From Girardia tigrina (lineage: Eukaryota), in contig MQRK01189108.1 of assembly GCA_001938485.1 (NCBI GenBank), positions 3,270 to 56,220 of the forward strand: a stretch of DNA of 52,951 bases, in the 5' to 3' direction. A program made the position numbers and the translations under genes. The notes beneath the pieces are model-generated. The model did no database searches. It was not told the DNA's origin and saw nothing but the letters and a program-made list of their open reading frames with translations. This document shows, in pieces, positions 24,650-38,389 of this stretch; position 1 is the stretch's first letter; each line of letters opens with the position of its first letter.

Positions 24650-25310
24650 CTCTAGAATCACTCACTGGAATATATTATCTCCCTCCCCGTACTCACTGTG
24701 AGGAATATTTTGAATATTTGATGATTTGTGTTTGAATGTTCTGTGTTGATTTGGAATTGTGTCTCTCCTACCCAGATGGATGATTAATATTTTAATTCTT
24801 ATTATCTGAAAATATACAATGTTTAAATTTATTTCTAATTTAAAATAATCGTAAAATTTTAAATAAGTTAATTAATTTTATTTACAATTTTTAAATAAAT
24901 AAATTGAATTAATATTTTTCAAATAATTAATAATCATTTTAATTTTTAACAAATATAATTTTGAATAAATATTTTAACATTTTTATATAAATCTCCATTC
25001 ACTAAGATAATAAGATTAAAGTCATTAATTAATTAGACGGATGTCATTGTACGAAAGCTTTGACAAAGATTGTCCTGATGACAATCTAACTTGTTGTAAT
25101 AATAAAAATATTAAAAGTCATATTGGTGTACATAATACTCACCAAATTTTGCTACGTCAGAATTACTATTTATTCAATTCTATAAGAAGCGCTATTTCTA
25201 AATTGGGATTCAGGTTTTATACAAAAATAAAAAATGAATTTGAGAGCCGATTTACTTCAAAACAACCAGACTTTTTTAATCGCGGAATTCATTTGTTGTC
25301 TGTTTAATAC
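24650..25310 (+). pseudogene. Mariner transposase C-terminal relic split by a solo LTR
   Basis: HWNILSPSPYS before the LTR; YSPNFATS..YYLFNS...FFNRGIHLL after it. Confidence 0.6.
24697..25137 (+). mobile_element. Solo LTR (diverged subfamily) with 5-bp TSD CTCAC
   Basis: CTCAC|TGTGAGGAATAT...CATAATA|CTCAC; first ~115 bp similar to the LTRs at 216 and 50835. Confidence 0.8.
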
Positions 25311-25706
25311 ATCTATCTTTTATTTTTTGTTTACAACAAGTAGATATCTTTATTCAAAAAAGAACGGAGTCGTACTTACATATGTACTTTATATGTACTA
25401 TAAAATTTTATATATTAAACGGTTGCTTAAAAAAAGAATAAGTTTCATTTCCTTCATTTTGTTCTTGTTATTTCCTATAAATTCTTTCAATATTACTTTG
25501 TATAAAATATAAATCTGAATATTTAAAATAATGTCAAACTTATTAATATTGGAATTTTTTTCTTTTGTCTCAATCCATTCACAGCTACGAACTTAGTGAC
25601 TCTTTGGACATGTGTACGTATCTGGTTTGATAAATTTTGCAAATTTTATCACATTTCCAATTTATAAAAAAAATTTTAATTATTGGTCTTGCACGTATTA
25701 TGACGT

Positions 25707-26568
25707 GGTACGTTAAAATGTCGAAAATAAAAATATCGAAAATAAAAATGTCAAAAAATAAACGTCAAACAAATAAAGGAAAATAAGTGAAAATATATTT
25801 ATATGTATAAATAAATACATATAGTTTAAAAGTTTATGTTTATACAGAAATAATTAATAATAACAATATATAACCAAAATAATTTATTAATAGTATATAA
25901 AACCAGCCAGTTCAAAAATGTATGTTGTAGGATCGCTATTATTATGCTCCAATCAAAATTCAATTAATTTTTCATTAAAAATAACATATTTTGTTTTTCT
26001 TCGTATATTTTCTCTATAATAATTTTTTGATAAGCAGCTCGTGCTTTATTTTGATAATAAATTTTTAAATGTTGGATTTATATGACCAAATATTGTATTG
26101 AATGAATTATACCAACCTTCAATAGCATTATTTGTTCGTGGGATATCATTAAAAAGTCTTGTTCTAGAATGCCACAAATCTAATAGATACATTAAACTAA
26201 CCATCTCATTTAAAAGCGATCCAATATAAAATTTAAAAAATAAGAGTATATTTCATCAAGACAAATAGGAAATGATGTTTGGGATTTCAAAAAAATAAAT
26301 ATGTTGCTTATATCGCTTTTAGGTACAAAAGATAATACAAGCAACGCCCTTGTATATATTCCTAAGTTTTCATCACAGCAATATTTATTTTTTATTCCAC
26401 AATTAACTATTTTTTTAAAAAATTTTTTTGTCCTAGATGTAACAAACATCCCTAATAATTTTTTTTAAATTTTAATATTATATTTATATGTTATTTTCAA
26501 CATTTTTTGACATTTTAAAAACATTAAAACGTTTGACATTTTATTTTTCGACAATTTATCGTGGTACC
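25707..26568 (-). mobile_element. Internally deleted MULE/Mutator-like transposon
   Basis: Imperfect TIRs GGTAC..AAATGTCGAAAA; minus-strand LSFVP...LWHSR...IPRTNNAIEGWYNSFN motif. Confidence 0.7.
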
Positions 26569-26868
26569 GTTCATATGTAAAAACGAATATTCCTAAAGGC
26601 CTTTTATGTAACAAATAAATTGATTTTTAAATATTCTCTATACTTTCAAATTTGTGTTTTTATAATTTTTACTGATAAAATATGCAACGAAAGGGACTTT
26701 CAAACCAACAGATGTTAATTTTTCAGAAAATATTGTTAAAATAAATATAAAGTTATCGATAATAATAGATAAATTCTAGTTTCACTGATAATATATTTTT
26801 CATAATTTTAGCAATTATTATTTTTATTTATAGTTGAAATTTTAAACTAATAATTAATAAAAACTTAC

Positions 26869-28227
26869 ATGTTTTTGAAATTCTTCTTTGTTAGGATAAC
26901 TTTTAAGAAAATTATTGTATTGTTGATAAACGGATTTAATGTCATCATCGGTAATTTTCGCTTTTGCATCAACAGGATAAGTCACATTAGTATTGTTGTA
27001 TACGGCAGAACTATTCGTACCATAAGTGGTATCAACCTGAGTAACACATGTTAGAGGATGACTGTTTAAAACTGCCACATTCATATTTGTCTTCTTGTTC
27101 ATGTCACAATCATTGGATTCTGATATCTTATCTGGAAGAGGAGTTTTTATTGACGTGTCAATTGATAATGGCTGTGAATTTAATGTGACAGAAGTTTGAG
27201 ATTGTAAATTAGCTTGAGTCGAACCTGGTGTTTCTGGATGCATTCCTCTTTGCATTAAAGCAACTCTTCGTCTCAGCATTTGAGCTTGTTGCATACGTTG
27301 TTGACTACCTTGCTGTTTCCAATTGAAGCGTAGAGCTAAGCAATTGGGGACTTGGCATTTAGGATCAGAACAGAATTTCGCATGGACAATTAAAATACGT
27401 AAGAATAACTGACACACTTTGCATGTATTTTTTAAAATATTACAACACTGTAAATGTTTGATCATTCCTTTCATTTTAGCACATAAACTAATTCTGCAGT
27501 TAACATCTCGACATTGACATGCATGCTGTAGACTTTTAGAATATCGAACCATTCGAGCTCGAGTAGTATCCTGTAATTCGGATGAGGGTTGTGAAAGATT
27601 TTGAGAATTTGAAATGTTGGATTCTTCTTCCGGATCAACTTTAAAAAGAGGATGTGGGTGTGTTTCAGTTGCATAACAAGATGGACAAAGTTCGAAATCT
27701 TCACATTGTTTACAGGTATAACGCACTTCTATTTGCTTGTTGCAAGCATTACAAGCATAGAGAACGGAATTCTTCTGTTCCATGTGTAATTCGTAGCAAA
27801 AACAAAGGGTGGAAAATTTAGACCTGCGTAAAGACGAAAATTCCAGATGTTTTTCTCTAGCCAAACATAGTAATTTATCTCGACCATCCATGAGATCACT
27901 GTGAAATAAAGAATCTGGATCATTTATTGGAGGTAAATTGGCTGCATCATTTTGACTGTGAAGTCTAATTACAAAAAAGTTTTCCTTCCGCTTTTCCATC
28001 AACTCCAAAACTTTACGCGAAACATCATTTATAGTTTCAGATCCGTTACTTCGTTTGCGTTTATTGTTCAATGAATTCATACGCTTTAACTTACGTTTCT
28101 TCGGTTTCTTATCCATTTTAGATAAATTATTTTTGGATATGACTTCTACTTGAGAATTTTCACCTTCTTGGGAATTTGGATTTTCAGAATATGATTTCAT
28201 TCTACGATTACTTTCCTCATCAATTTC
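26869..28227 (-). CDS. CBP: CBP/p300 exon: HAT autoinhibitory loop and C-terminus, ZZ, TAZ2, first half of NCBD-like region
   Basis: ttcttcag| acceptor, |gtaagt donor; 1359 nt, phase 0/0; DLMDGRDKLL..AREKHLEFSSLRRSKFSTL; ZZ CNAC...CKQC...HPH; TAZ2 HACQCRDVNC. Confidence 0.93.
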
Positions 28228-28470
28228 CTGAAGAAAATTTTTTGATAAGTTACTGAATACATCAAGACAAAAATAGTTGAAGAATGAAAATTTTATCTAA
28301 ATCACTTGTTAATTTAATAAATTTTACTTATTTACTAACAAATATTTATATCTTATTTATGTTACATATAACTTTATTTATCTTTATTTATGTTACAACT
28401 ATTATGGAAATATGTGTTAATTATATAGGTTCCCACCATATTGGAATACCTTCTAATATTTTAGTCTATA

Positions 28471-29671
28471 CCCGGTGCATTATATAAGTATCCGGTCTGA
28501 CAAAGAAAACAAATCCCAAAAACGGCCATTTTTATGACCCATTAAGCTTGAAGTATATAAGCATCAGTTTTTAACATGATGTCCATTTCGTTTCACACAC
28601 GAAGAAATCATCAACGACAACCTTCAAATCGTCTTTGGATCCAAACTGGATGCCTTTCAAATGCATTTTAAGGTGTCTGAAGAGGTAAAAATCGCTCGGT
28701 GCCAAATCTGGGATGTACGGCAGATGATGCATAAGCACTACCTTCAATTATGACCCAAGGAATGCCCGCTATGTGCACTGGTGCATTGTCTTGGCGAATG
28801 CCAAAGTGATTTGTTCTTCTGCTTCCGTTTATTTTATCTGGTAGTTGTCACGGGTTGACTGTAGTCGGCAGCATTGATGGCCATGCCTTCATCCGTTAAA
28901 TCTCTCAGAATAACATCTTTATGATCCCAAAAAAATGGAAACATCATCGCTTGTCCATGACATGCCTCCTTTCGCATCTTCAGCGATGACTTCTCTTACG
29001 GGAGTTTAAACTCTGCTAGCCAACCCCTTTGTTTCCGGCAAATACATATTGAGTGGATTTTCATCCTCCGTAAATAAATTTTCCAGGAAAGTCTCACCAT
29101 GGTTGTCCCACAGGTTCAAGTTGTTCTGACTGCACTCCAAGCGGTTTCGTATCATTTCACCAGTCAAGAATGAGGATATGAATCTGGAGTACAGTTTTCT
29201 GATACCCATATATTTCAATTTGGCGTAGGATTTACCAATACTGATTTTGAGCTTCGTTGACAGCATTTTCATGGTAATTCAATGCTCTTCTTGGACTATT
29301 TTCTCAAAAAAAATATTATAGCCGATCTGATTTTTCTAGATCAAAAACGAAGGTTCGATCACCTTTTAACTCTCTGGCGCAATATTTAACAGTTGTCAGA
29401 ATGGGGACTCAAGTAGATTCAAAAGATCGTAGATTCCACTACACGTCTTCCTTTGCAACACATAGAACCTGATAATGCTGTGATATTCGACGACCAAAAT
29501 CATCGCACTGACGAAAATTCAAAATATCGCAATAAAAATTTTAATGCGTTTGATAAAATAAAACAATAACTGAAATTAAAATCTATATTAAATTACTTAA
29601 TCACACAAAAAACTCAAATCTGCTATTAAATTATTTTTACCTAAGGCCGGATACTTATTGAACGCACTGCG
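28471..29671 (-). mobile_element. Degenerate mariner element
   Basis: TA-flanked imperfect TIRs (ATAAGTATCCGG / CCGGATACTTAT); FTEDENP and HHLPYIPDLAPSDFYLFRHLK motifs. Confidence 0.8.
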
Positions 29672-31337
29672 TACTTCTTAATTCATATATTAAATAAAAT
29701 GAGATCTGTCTTTTTATTTTTTATATTATGTAAAATAAACTTAACCTATTTTAACCCAGAATTCATTTATATAAAATGCATCTTTTTGTTCAGCACTACT
29801 TTATACAATTACAGCACTCATTACTTAATTAATAACACCTGAATAAAAGTCATCACTAAATTAAATTGTTCAATAATGACTGTACGCTCTACTTTAATAT
29901 CTTATTTGTAGGATAAAAATCATTTTGTTTAGGATATTGATAATATTTTGGACTTTTTTTCTATTATTAATTACTTTAGAAGAACGTTTTGGACGAATAA
30001 ATTTGTTTGATGTCTTACACATCAAATATAATGAACCCGGAGACATTTTGAACCTTTACATTCATTTTACATTATGCTTTAATAATCAATTGTTTTGAAA
30101 AGTTTCAAATATAATTTACAAGTATTTCAACAAATAAAATTTCTTGTTTTCTAACGGTGATTTAAGTTTTATATTATTGAATCAATTATATTTAATTTTA
30201 TAGTTGTCTTACAGTGGATTTCTTTTACAGTAAAATATCTCATCGCTATAATTTATTAAACTTACAGTTTAAAAAATTAACTAATTATTAATTAATAGTA
30301 TCTATTGTAAAATAGAACAATTAAATCTCAAAGTGGAGCAATGGCATGTTTAAAAGAAGAATTAGGCACTAAACGTAACCATCTCTATGGAAAAATGGCA
30401 GACTTCCAATTAATGAGGAATCGAATAGACCCCAATAAATAAGTAACCTTTTTTTATTATCTGTGAAGACAGATATTTTCGGTAAGATATTTCTGAAAAC
30501 ACCCTGTTTTGATAAGATACCTTACTACAGTGGAACCTCCATATAGTCATACTCAGTCACTTAAAAGTTTGTCAATACTGAGAGTGTGACTATATGACTG
30601 TATTATGATTTCAAAGATCACATATACTTATAAAACTCTTTCAAAGAGATTAAAGCCTTTCATAAAAAACATCACTTTAACGAAAAAATAGAAAATCTTC
30701 ATTGTTGGATTTTGTATAAACTTACTCAATAAACTGACCGTAAAAGATTCGAAAAAAAGTTCCCTAGCTACAATTAATGACACTTCTATTTAATTAAAGT
30801 TACAAAAAAGATTGATCACAGAATAAAAAGGATTCATTTATTTTCAATTATTAAATAAAAATAAAAAGTTATCAGGTAGGGATCATCCAATGTTTTTAGT
30901 TCTTCTTAACTGAATGCGCTGTATTTAAAATATTAAGTTGTTGCCAAATTCTGTCAGAGCAACTTGGTTATGAGACAACCATTGTAAATGGGAAATCTCT
31001 GAACATAAATTAAATTTAATAATGGTTCATTCTATTCTTAGATTAAATATGACAAAGTGTGAGGAATTTTCGCCAAACTTATAAATTTTTAGAATTTTGA
31101 AAATTTAAAACTATAAAATATTTAAACATAATGTATAAAAATTTTATAATATTTTTTACAATTCAGGAAGTTATTAATATTTGAAAATTCAGATTTAATC
31201 ACACAAAAACAAATTATTTTTAAAGCTATTTTACAATTGAATATAAAAATTAAAATTAATCGAATATAAAAAAATACTAAGTACAATTAAAAGATTTTAG
31301 GAACTAATGTGTAATAAAATTATGTGGAAAATAAATA

Positions 31338-32163
31338 CACTAAAACCTCGATTTGCGTCGTTAATTGGGCCCGAAAATGACGACACAAATCGAAATTCAT
31401 TTTCCTATATAACTATTTTGTTGATTAGTACTAAATAAAATATTTCCTTGCATTATAAACTATTTTTATTTCAATTATTATGTACATAATATACATAAAC
31501 CAACATAAATAAAATATAATACATAAATTTATTAAATAAAAAATAAAATTTAACACATAAATTCAATAAATATTAAATAAAATAACATAAAATTTCATTA
31601 AATAAACAGAATAAAAATACATTGTACAGTAACTTATATGTTGTATTTTTTTGATAATTCTAATTTGATGAACTTGACGATTCTAAATCGATCATTATTT
31701 CTGTAGACTGGTTTGGTTCTCGAACTGATTTGGTTACAAAGTTGTCCAAAGTTTGCTGAACTTTTCCCGCTTTTTTTTCTAGATAAATTTCTTTATAGCA
31801 ATTGATAGCATTATCTATTGCTCGTGTAACATTTAGACTTCTATTTTCGTCAGGGTCATTATCTGCAAAAATTTCCATTGCCTGTGAAATTAGTTGCATC
31901 GCTTTCGAAATAGAACCAGCCGTTAAATGTTTTTTTTCTGGAACCACATCATGAGAATCAATATCATCCACCAAAGAATGTTCAATATTTAAAGAAATTA
32001 AATCTTCGTTGTTGAGCTCTTTATCAAGGTTTCAGTGTACATATAAAATTTACGCAACGCAAATCGAAATTGTAACGACGCAACTCTGAAATCACGAAAT
32101 TTCAAGAACAACGCAACTTCGAAAACGACGCAAATCGAAACGATGCAAATCGAGGTTTTAGTA
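31338..32163 (-). mobile_element. Internally deleted Tigger/pogo element retaining the transposase C-terminal tail (ORF 31660-31974)
   Basis: TIRs CACTAAAACCTCGATTTGCGTCG / CGATGCAAATCGAGGTTTTAGT; tail DPDENRS...CYKEIY...QQTLDNFV typical of Tigger. Confidence 0.8.
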
Positions 32164-33289
32164 TATTATTTTAAAGTTTAAAATTAAAATTAAAATGGTT
32201 GGAATCAAAATAAGTTCGATATAAAATATTATTAAAATAACTGTAATAAGTTTAATAAATTCAAAGGTAATATATTTTTTTAATATCGTTGAAAACGATA
32301 TTCAATTCGTATATTTAATGTATATTTCACTAAAGGTTTTTCGGAGTGTTATTGAAGATGAAATGACAATTCTTAGAATACTCAAATATGTTTGGAAATG
32401 TTTAATTAATCGATATTAAACTAATGTTTCTGTCAAGATCAAAACGGCTTCTGAGAATTGAAATTATCGAAATAAATGAAGTAAAATGCATCAAAAGTGA
32501 GGATCGTGAAGTTTCTTAAAGTCAACAACGTAAAAAGAAATATTCAGCAATCACTGTAATTGATCCATAAATAGGGGTGTACCGGTTTCCTTTTTTTAAA
32601 TCCGGCCGGTACCGGAACCGGAGTCAGAATTTATGTCAAATCCGGCCGGAGTTGGAGCCGGTGCCGGATTTTCAAAAATTGAAATAAAGTTGAATATGAA
32701 ATAAACGATAATTAAATACAATACGATATACGAAACATAGTTATGGTAAGAAACGCATTACATCTAAACAAATCGCTTGTAGCAGGTGAAGCAAGGTAAA
32801 CACGTGTCATAGATACCATTGTAGGAAGCCTGTATTTTTGTTTGATTGCCACCAAGAGTAAAGGATCTTCAAAATCTTCATCTGCACTATTTCAATCAAA
32901 TCAGATAGTTCTGTGATATATATTTCTCAATAGAATTTGATACCTGGGTATAAGTTCCACAAAACCAGTATTATTCACAAGTTGAATAGGCCACAAATCT
33001 ATGGCAAGCATTCGACCAATAACCTTGTTGATTTTGATAGCTGATGGATGATCGACATGCCAACGCTGTGTACGGACTAAACACTGTTCCAGAGTTTTTT
33101 CAACTGTGGTATGTTTTTTTTTGTTATTAGTAGTAGTGGATAAATGTAAGTGGCACTATTGTTTATTCGTGGAGGCTAGCAAGCTCTTTTGAAAGCAATA
33201 TAGGCCTGATTATATTTTCAAAGTATTAAACTTGCATTCACAAGACTCAATATTAAATATATATTTATATAAGAAATTTAAAAAATAAT

Positions 33290-33541
33290 GGTAAAATTTT
33301 ATAATTAAGAACGCCATTAAAATCAAATTTTATTGCAATATATTTCGGTGGATTTTCCACCATCTTCAGGCTGAATAAACAACAATTTTGCTGTCTTATA
33401 TATAGCAAATTGTTGATTATGTAAACATCTTGCGTAATAACTAATTAAATATTTTCAACAAATTGGAAGAGACTTGTTTGGACATTAATGGACGGATTAA
33501 GTGATTTAATCAATAATGCCTCACAAGTAACTCTTTCCCAA
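33290..33541 (-). mobile_element. 3' end of a Penelope-like element nested in the hAT (runs into an assembly gap)
   Basis: WERVTCEALLIKSLNPSINVQ, homologous to ~2802-2863; followed by a hammerhead motif. Confidence 0.75.
33330..33378 (-). ncRNA. Minimal type I hammerhead ribozyme motif
   Basis: Minus strand: TTATT-ca-GC-CTGAAGA-T-GGTGG(AAAAT)CCACC-GAAA-TATA-TT-GC-AATAA. Confidence 0.75.
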
Positions 33542-34429
33542 NNNNNNNNNNNNNNNNNNNNNNNNNNNNNNNNNNNNNNNNNNNNNNNNNNNNNNNNNNN
33601 NNNNNNNNNNNNNNNNNNNNNNNNNNNNNNNNNNNNNNNNNNNNNNNNNNNNNNNNNNNNNNNNNNNNNNNNNNNNNNNNNNNNNNNNNNNNNNNNNNNN
33701 NNNNNNNNNNNNNNNNNNNNNNNNNNNNNNNNNNNNNNNNNNNNNNNNNNNNNNNNNNNNNNNNNNNNNNNNNNNNNNNNNNNNNNNNNNNNNNNNNNNN
33801 NNNNNNNNNNNNNNNNNNNNNNNNNNNNNNNNNNNNNNNNNNNNNNNNNNNNNNNNNNNNNNNNNNNNNNNNNNNNNNNNNNNNNNNNNNNNNNNNNNNN
33901 NNNNNNNNNNNNNNNNNNNNNNNNNNNNNNNNNNNNNNNNNNNNNNNNNNNNNNNNNNNNNNNNNNNNNNNNNNNNNNNNNNNNNNNNNNNNNNNNNNNN
34001 NNNNNNNNNNNNNNNNNNNNNNNNNNNNNNNNNNNNNNNNNNNNNNNNNNNNNNNNNNNNNNNNNNNNNNNNNNNNNNNNNNNNNNNNNNNNNNNNNNNN
34101 NNNNNNNNNNNNNNNNNNNNNNNNNNNNNNNNNNNNNNNNNNNNNNNNNNNNNNNNNNNNNNNNNNNNNNNNNNNNNNNNNNNNNNNNNNNNNNNNNNNN
34201 NNNNNNNNNNNNNNNNNNNNNNNNNNNNNNNNNNNNNNNNNNNNNNNNNNNNNNNNNNNNNNNNNNNNNNNNNNNNNNNNNNNNNNNNNNNNNNNNNNNN
34301 NNNNNNNNNNNNNNNNNNNNNNNNNNNNNNNNNNNNNNNNNNNNNNNNNNNNNNNNNNNNNNNNNNNNNNNNNNNNNNNNNNNNNNNNNNNNNNNNNNNN
34401 NNNNNNNNNNNNNNNNNNNNNNNNNNNNN

Positions 34430-34472
<43 letters not shown>

Positions 34473-35112
34473 ATGGAATTGTTAAATATGTCTCAGTAGG
34501 ATGCATATCAAAAAATTACACACTGTATTAGTCTTTCTCTTTGGTGAATTCATAGTAATTCCTGTATAACTGCATCTGTAAAAGAATCATATTTGAGATC
34601 TTATTTTTTTTCTCATTTGTTTTTATAATCGAATTATTTATGAGTTTCATATTTTTGTAAACATTGATCAAAAACCCGGCATCAAAACCGGTAGAATTTT
34701 GCCGGAGCCAAAGCCGGTACCGGAGTTGAAAAAATGGCCGGATAGCCGGTTTTCCGGAGCCGGGACCGAAAACCGGTACATCCCTATCCATAATAGAAAA
34801 TATTATTATAGCATTCTACAAAGAAAACGTACGATAAATTAATCTTCTTCAATGAAAAATATGTAATAAAATTTTCAAAATTTTCAGTTGAAACCTTTCT
34901 TATGATTGTCAATCTTTAATTGCAATTAGAATAATAAAAAATAATTATTTTAAATATCGAAAATGTTTATTTTAACGAACATTTATCCAGTTGTACTAAA
35001 TAGAATTATGTTCATTCATTTAACATTCTATTGGATTTAATTTCTACAAAATTAACAACATAATAATGAATAAAAAATTACATAAAAATATTTTTATAAA
35101 AAAATTATTTAC

Positions 35113-35992
35113 TTTAAATATCTCCTCAAGTGCATTTGGCCAATAATCACCTTCAAAATAAGGAAGCTCGGTAGGTGATAACATGCTTGAATGTAATGCA
35201 TCACTAAAAATGTCTTTATAATCAATGACGACATTCTCTTTCATGGCTTTCTCAAGCATTTTTATATACCACTCTTGAAGTCTTTTGGGTTTTGGAAGCT
35301 TTTGTTCAGGAGGATGCATGTGAAAAATATAATCATCTCCTTCTCCAGGAGGACAAGCCCAAATATGAGCCATGGTAAATCCAAGTTTTTTTACATATTC
35401 TAAATATCCCACTAAGAATTCGTGATACACATCTGTGCGATATTTCCTTGGTGTAAAAAAATGAACTGAATCAAGATATGCAAGATAAACACGACGAGAA
35501 TTTGGATCTGGACAATCAGAACCGTATTCTTGAACATGAAGTCCGAAAAAACAGACTTCTTGACCATCAATCTCTTGAAAAGCAAAAATTGCTTTGAGAC
35601 GATATTTGAAAGATTCCGGCATTTCACAAGTTTCACAATAATGACTCTTCATTCCTGGTTTAACTTCAACAACTTTATCACTGCTGGAAAGTACTCGTAC
35701 TACAACTTCACTAATGTTTGGATCCTTGTCTTTCAGAAAATTATTAACTCGATTTTCTATATATTTGCTTAATTCACAATGGGGTAAACTTTTCGATTTG
35801 TAAATATTCTGCTTAACTTTAATCGACTTTTCCCGAATACAAGTGGGACAGACGAATCCTTCTCTCCAGATTTCGTCTAAGTGATTTGCACATACTTTAT
35901 GCCACTTACGATGACATATACGGCAATTGATAAATTCTTCATTTTCTTTTACATTATTTCGACATTTTGATAATAGCGACTTTTTGACTTTG
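35113..35992 (-). CDS. CBP: CBP/p300 exon: end of RING, PHD finger and HAT (KAT11) core
   Basis: 880 nt, phase 2/0; CRICHRKWHKVC...FVCPTC; VCFFGLHVQEYGS; YLDSVHFF; HIWACPPGEGDDYIF; PKRLQEWY; PYFEGDYWP. Confidence 0.95.
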
Positions 35993-36269
35993 CTATTTAA
36001 AAAAATATATATTAAAATTGATGATTAATACAATTTTCATATAATATACATGCAATTTATTAATTATTAATTACATATAGATGATTTATTATTGTTGAGT
36101 AACCTGGCGAAACAAAATAAAAATAAACCCTGTCACGGACGTAAGAAGGAAGATTTTCTTTTAGAACAGAAGAGAGACTTACATTTCATTTTAAATTTTA
36201 ATAATTCCGGATTTGAAAAAAGTAATTTCAGAAATTAATGAATTTGTAACATTCAGAATTCCGCAATAG

Positions 36270-37375
36270 GTGGGATGGGGCAAATTCGTCATGTTATTCG
36301 CTTTTCATTTTACTTTCAAAATATAATTTTTATTGTCAGATACAGAAAATTGATATTGATAACCTAAATACTACTGAATAGAAACTTTAATTTGTTTTAT
36401 ATTTGAATATCCTATGATCATTAATTTTTGTTCATTTGATTCAAATTTTAAATATGTGAAAAAATCATTGTTTTTGTAACCTACTAAACTTTTGGACTAA
36501 CAAGACAAAGGTTCTCTAAAAACGGTCCATATTAGAAAATATGCATTCTTAATCCTTTGCGAGTGAATATATTCTATACCATAAGAAACAAACGATATGG
36601 CTGACATGCTGGAAATCTTTTTAAAAATGGGGCAAAATTCGTCATTTGTCTTGTTTGCAAATTTTTCACTGTAATCGACATGATAAGAATGTGGTGTAAA
36701 CTTTCGCTCTTTATTTTTATTGAACTTGTCTTATTTTTATTATTAATAATTTTGGGGTGGGGCAAAATAGTCATGGGACAAATTCGTCATGTTATTCTAG
36801 ACAACAATCTCAGAATGTTCAAGCATCTTCCTCTCGTCAGAAATCACAACCTGATGATTTGTTGTGGTGAAATTCATTCCCTCATTTCCTTCTCGTCGGT
36901 AACGTAAAAGTCCACATCCATTTTATTATGTTGGTTCAATTGTTCGATGTGTAAGTGAACCAGAACAAGGATTGTACATTCAATGCGTGTGAAAACATGG
37001 CAATAGTATGAACCAATTTTTTTACCCTCCAAGGGTCAACATATCATTTTATAGCAGCGAGGACATTGTCCGTATTCTTACTCAACCTAAAATGATGCAT
37101 TTAACTTATTACTTCTCAGATGATGTGACTGAATTCTCTACTCATTTGAGATAATTATTTCGCAGTCTTATTTTGCTAAATAATATTATTGGTTATTGTT
37201 TTTTTATCACGTTTTGTACTATTCATTCCAGTGGATACATAAGAATTGTTGTGAAAAATAAAATTTAGATAAGTAAGCGTCTTGACTATTTTTATTTAAA
37301 TGACAGTTATGGAATATGGCGAATTTGCCCCAGGGCTGACGAATTAACTTCAGAGTGGGGCAAATTCGTCGTGGT
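36270..37375. repeat. Degenerate DNA-transposon relic with repeated GGGGCAAATTCGTCAT motif
   Basis: Motif variants at ~36278, 36629, 36759, 36776 and 37357, inverted at ~37318; Cys-rich remnant near 36850-36955. Confidence 0.45.
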
Positions 37376-38389
37376 TAGATTTTCGCTTACAATTATACAC
37401 CTTGCTTGTCTGTAGTGAGGCTTAAAAATCCTTAGATCTTAGCTAGTCCGATCCTCTTTATTTATTTCTTTAAATTCTTTCAATAACAATTCAAAAAATT
37501 CTACACCAAAAAGATTGGTTCCCAATTTTATTAAAAAAAATTTAAATAAAAAAAATGAAATAAAAATTCCAACGTCAAAAAATCGCGTACCCATATTAAA
37601 TAATGTACATGGAAAACTATGTTGAATTATAAAAAAATAAAGATTGTGGGGAACATGTTACGCTATTCAGAATTTGAAAGAAAAAAATTAAGATTGAAAA
37701 AATAAAATAAAATTGGAAAGAATTCTTTTTTAATTACCGAATTCGAATTATTAACCTATACGCAAGATTTGTATCATGTTTTAACGGCAGAAAAGTCTAA
37801 TTCTAGAAATTACTGAAAGGTGTGAACGGACTTGTCCTCAAATGTGTTCACAGATCTTTTTGACAAATCGATTTTCAATCTTTTAAATTTACAAAAAATG
37901 CACTCTAAAATGTCGAGTCCTATTATATGAAAAATATATATAATTTAACTTGTTAGAAATTACCTGTGTGGAATAACTCAATTATAATATACAAAATACG
38001 CTATAAAAAGAGTTTTGCTATTATATTAATAAACTATACAATTGTTTCTTGCATCAGGATATAGAAAACGCATTTGCCCCATTGATTCACAAATAATGTT
38101 TTAATTTGATAAGTGTAAATTGATTTGAAAGATAGATATTTTTGTTTTTGTGAAGAATAATAAATAAAATACGTGGTAAGGATGCAAATCCCTTATATAG
38201 AGATATAAATGAAATTTTGTATTTATATCAAGCAAACCTTGTAGATAAATAGACACATTATTTTTTCAGTATAATCACTATACACTACCAGGCACCAGAA
38301 AAAAAACATTATTTTCGAAGACAATGACATCATTTTTATAAAAATGACATCTTACATTAGTCTCCTAAGATCGTCTTTCGACCCGATTC

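Larger units (their letters stand above)
32572..34786 (-). mobile_element. Internally deleted hAT transposon with 8-bp TSD
   Basis: TCCATAAA|TAGGGGTGTACCGGTTT ... AAACCGGTACATCCCTA|TCCATAAT; CCGG-rich subterminal repeats; remnants LAIDLWPIQLVNNTGF and RVYLASPATS. Confidence 0.85.

Noticed and set aside
25044-25086. Type II hammerhead-like arrangement (GAAAGCTTT-GACA..TGTC-CTGATGA) within a solo LTR
   Set aside because: Stem II cannot close next to the core, stem III is not viable, a competing hairpin GATTGTC/GACAATC sequesters the core, and sister LTRs lack it.
33445-34531. Long ORFs of 317-353 aa in the ORF track
   Set aside because: Artefacts of the N gap plus a (TA)n tract (YIYIYI); only the short Penelope C-terminus is real.
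36845-36880. CTGATGA...GAAA spacing resembling a hammerhead
   Set aside because: No stem II pairing between the core segments.
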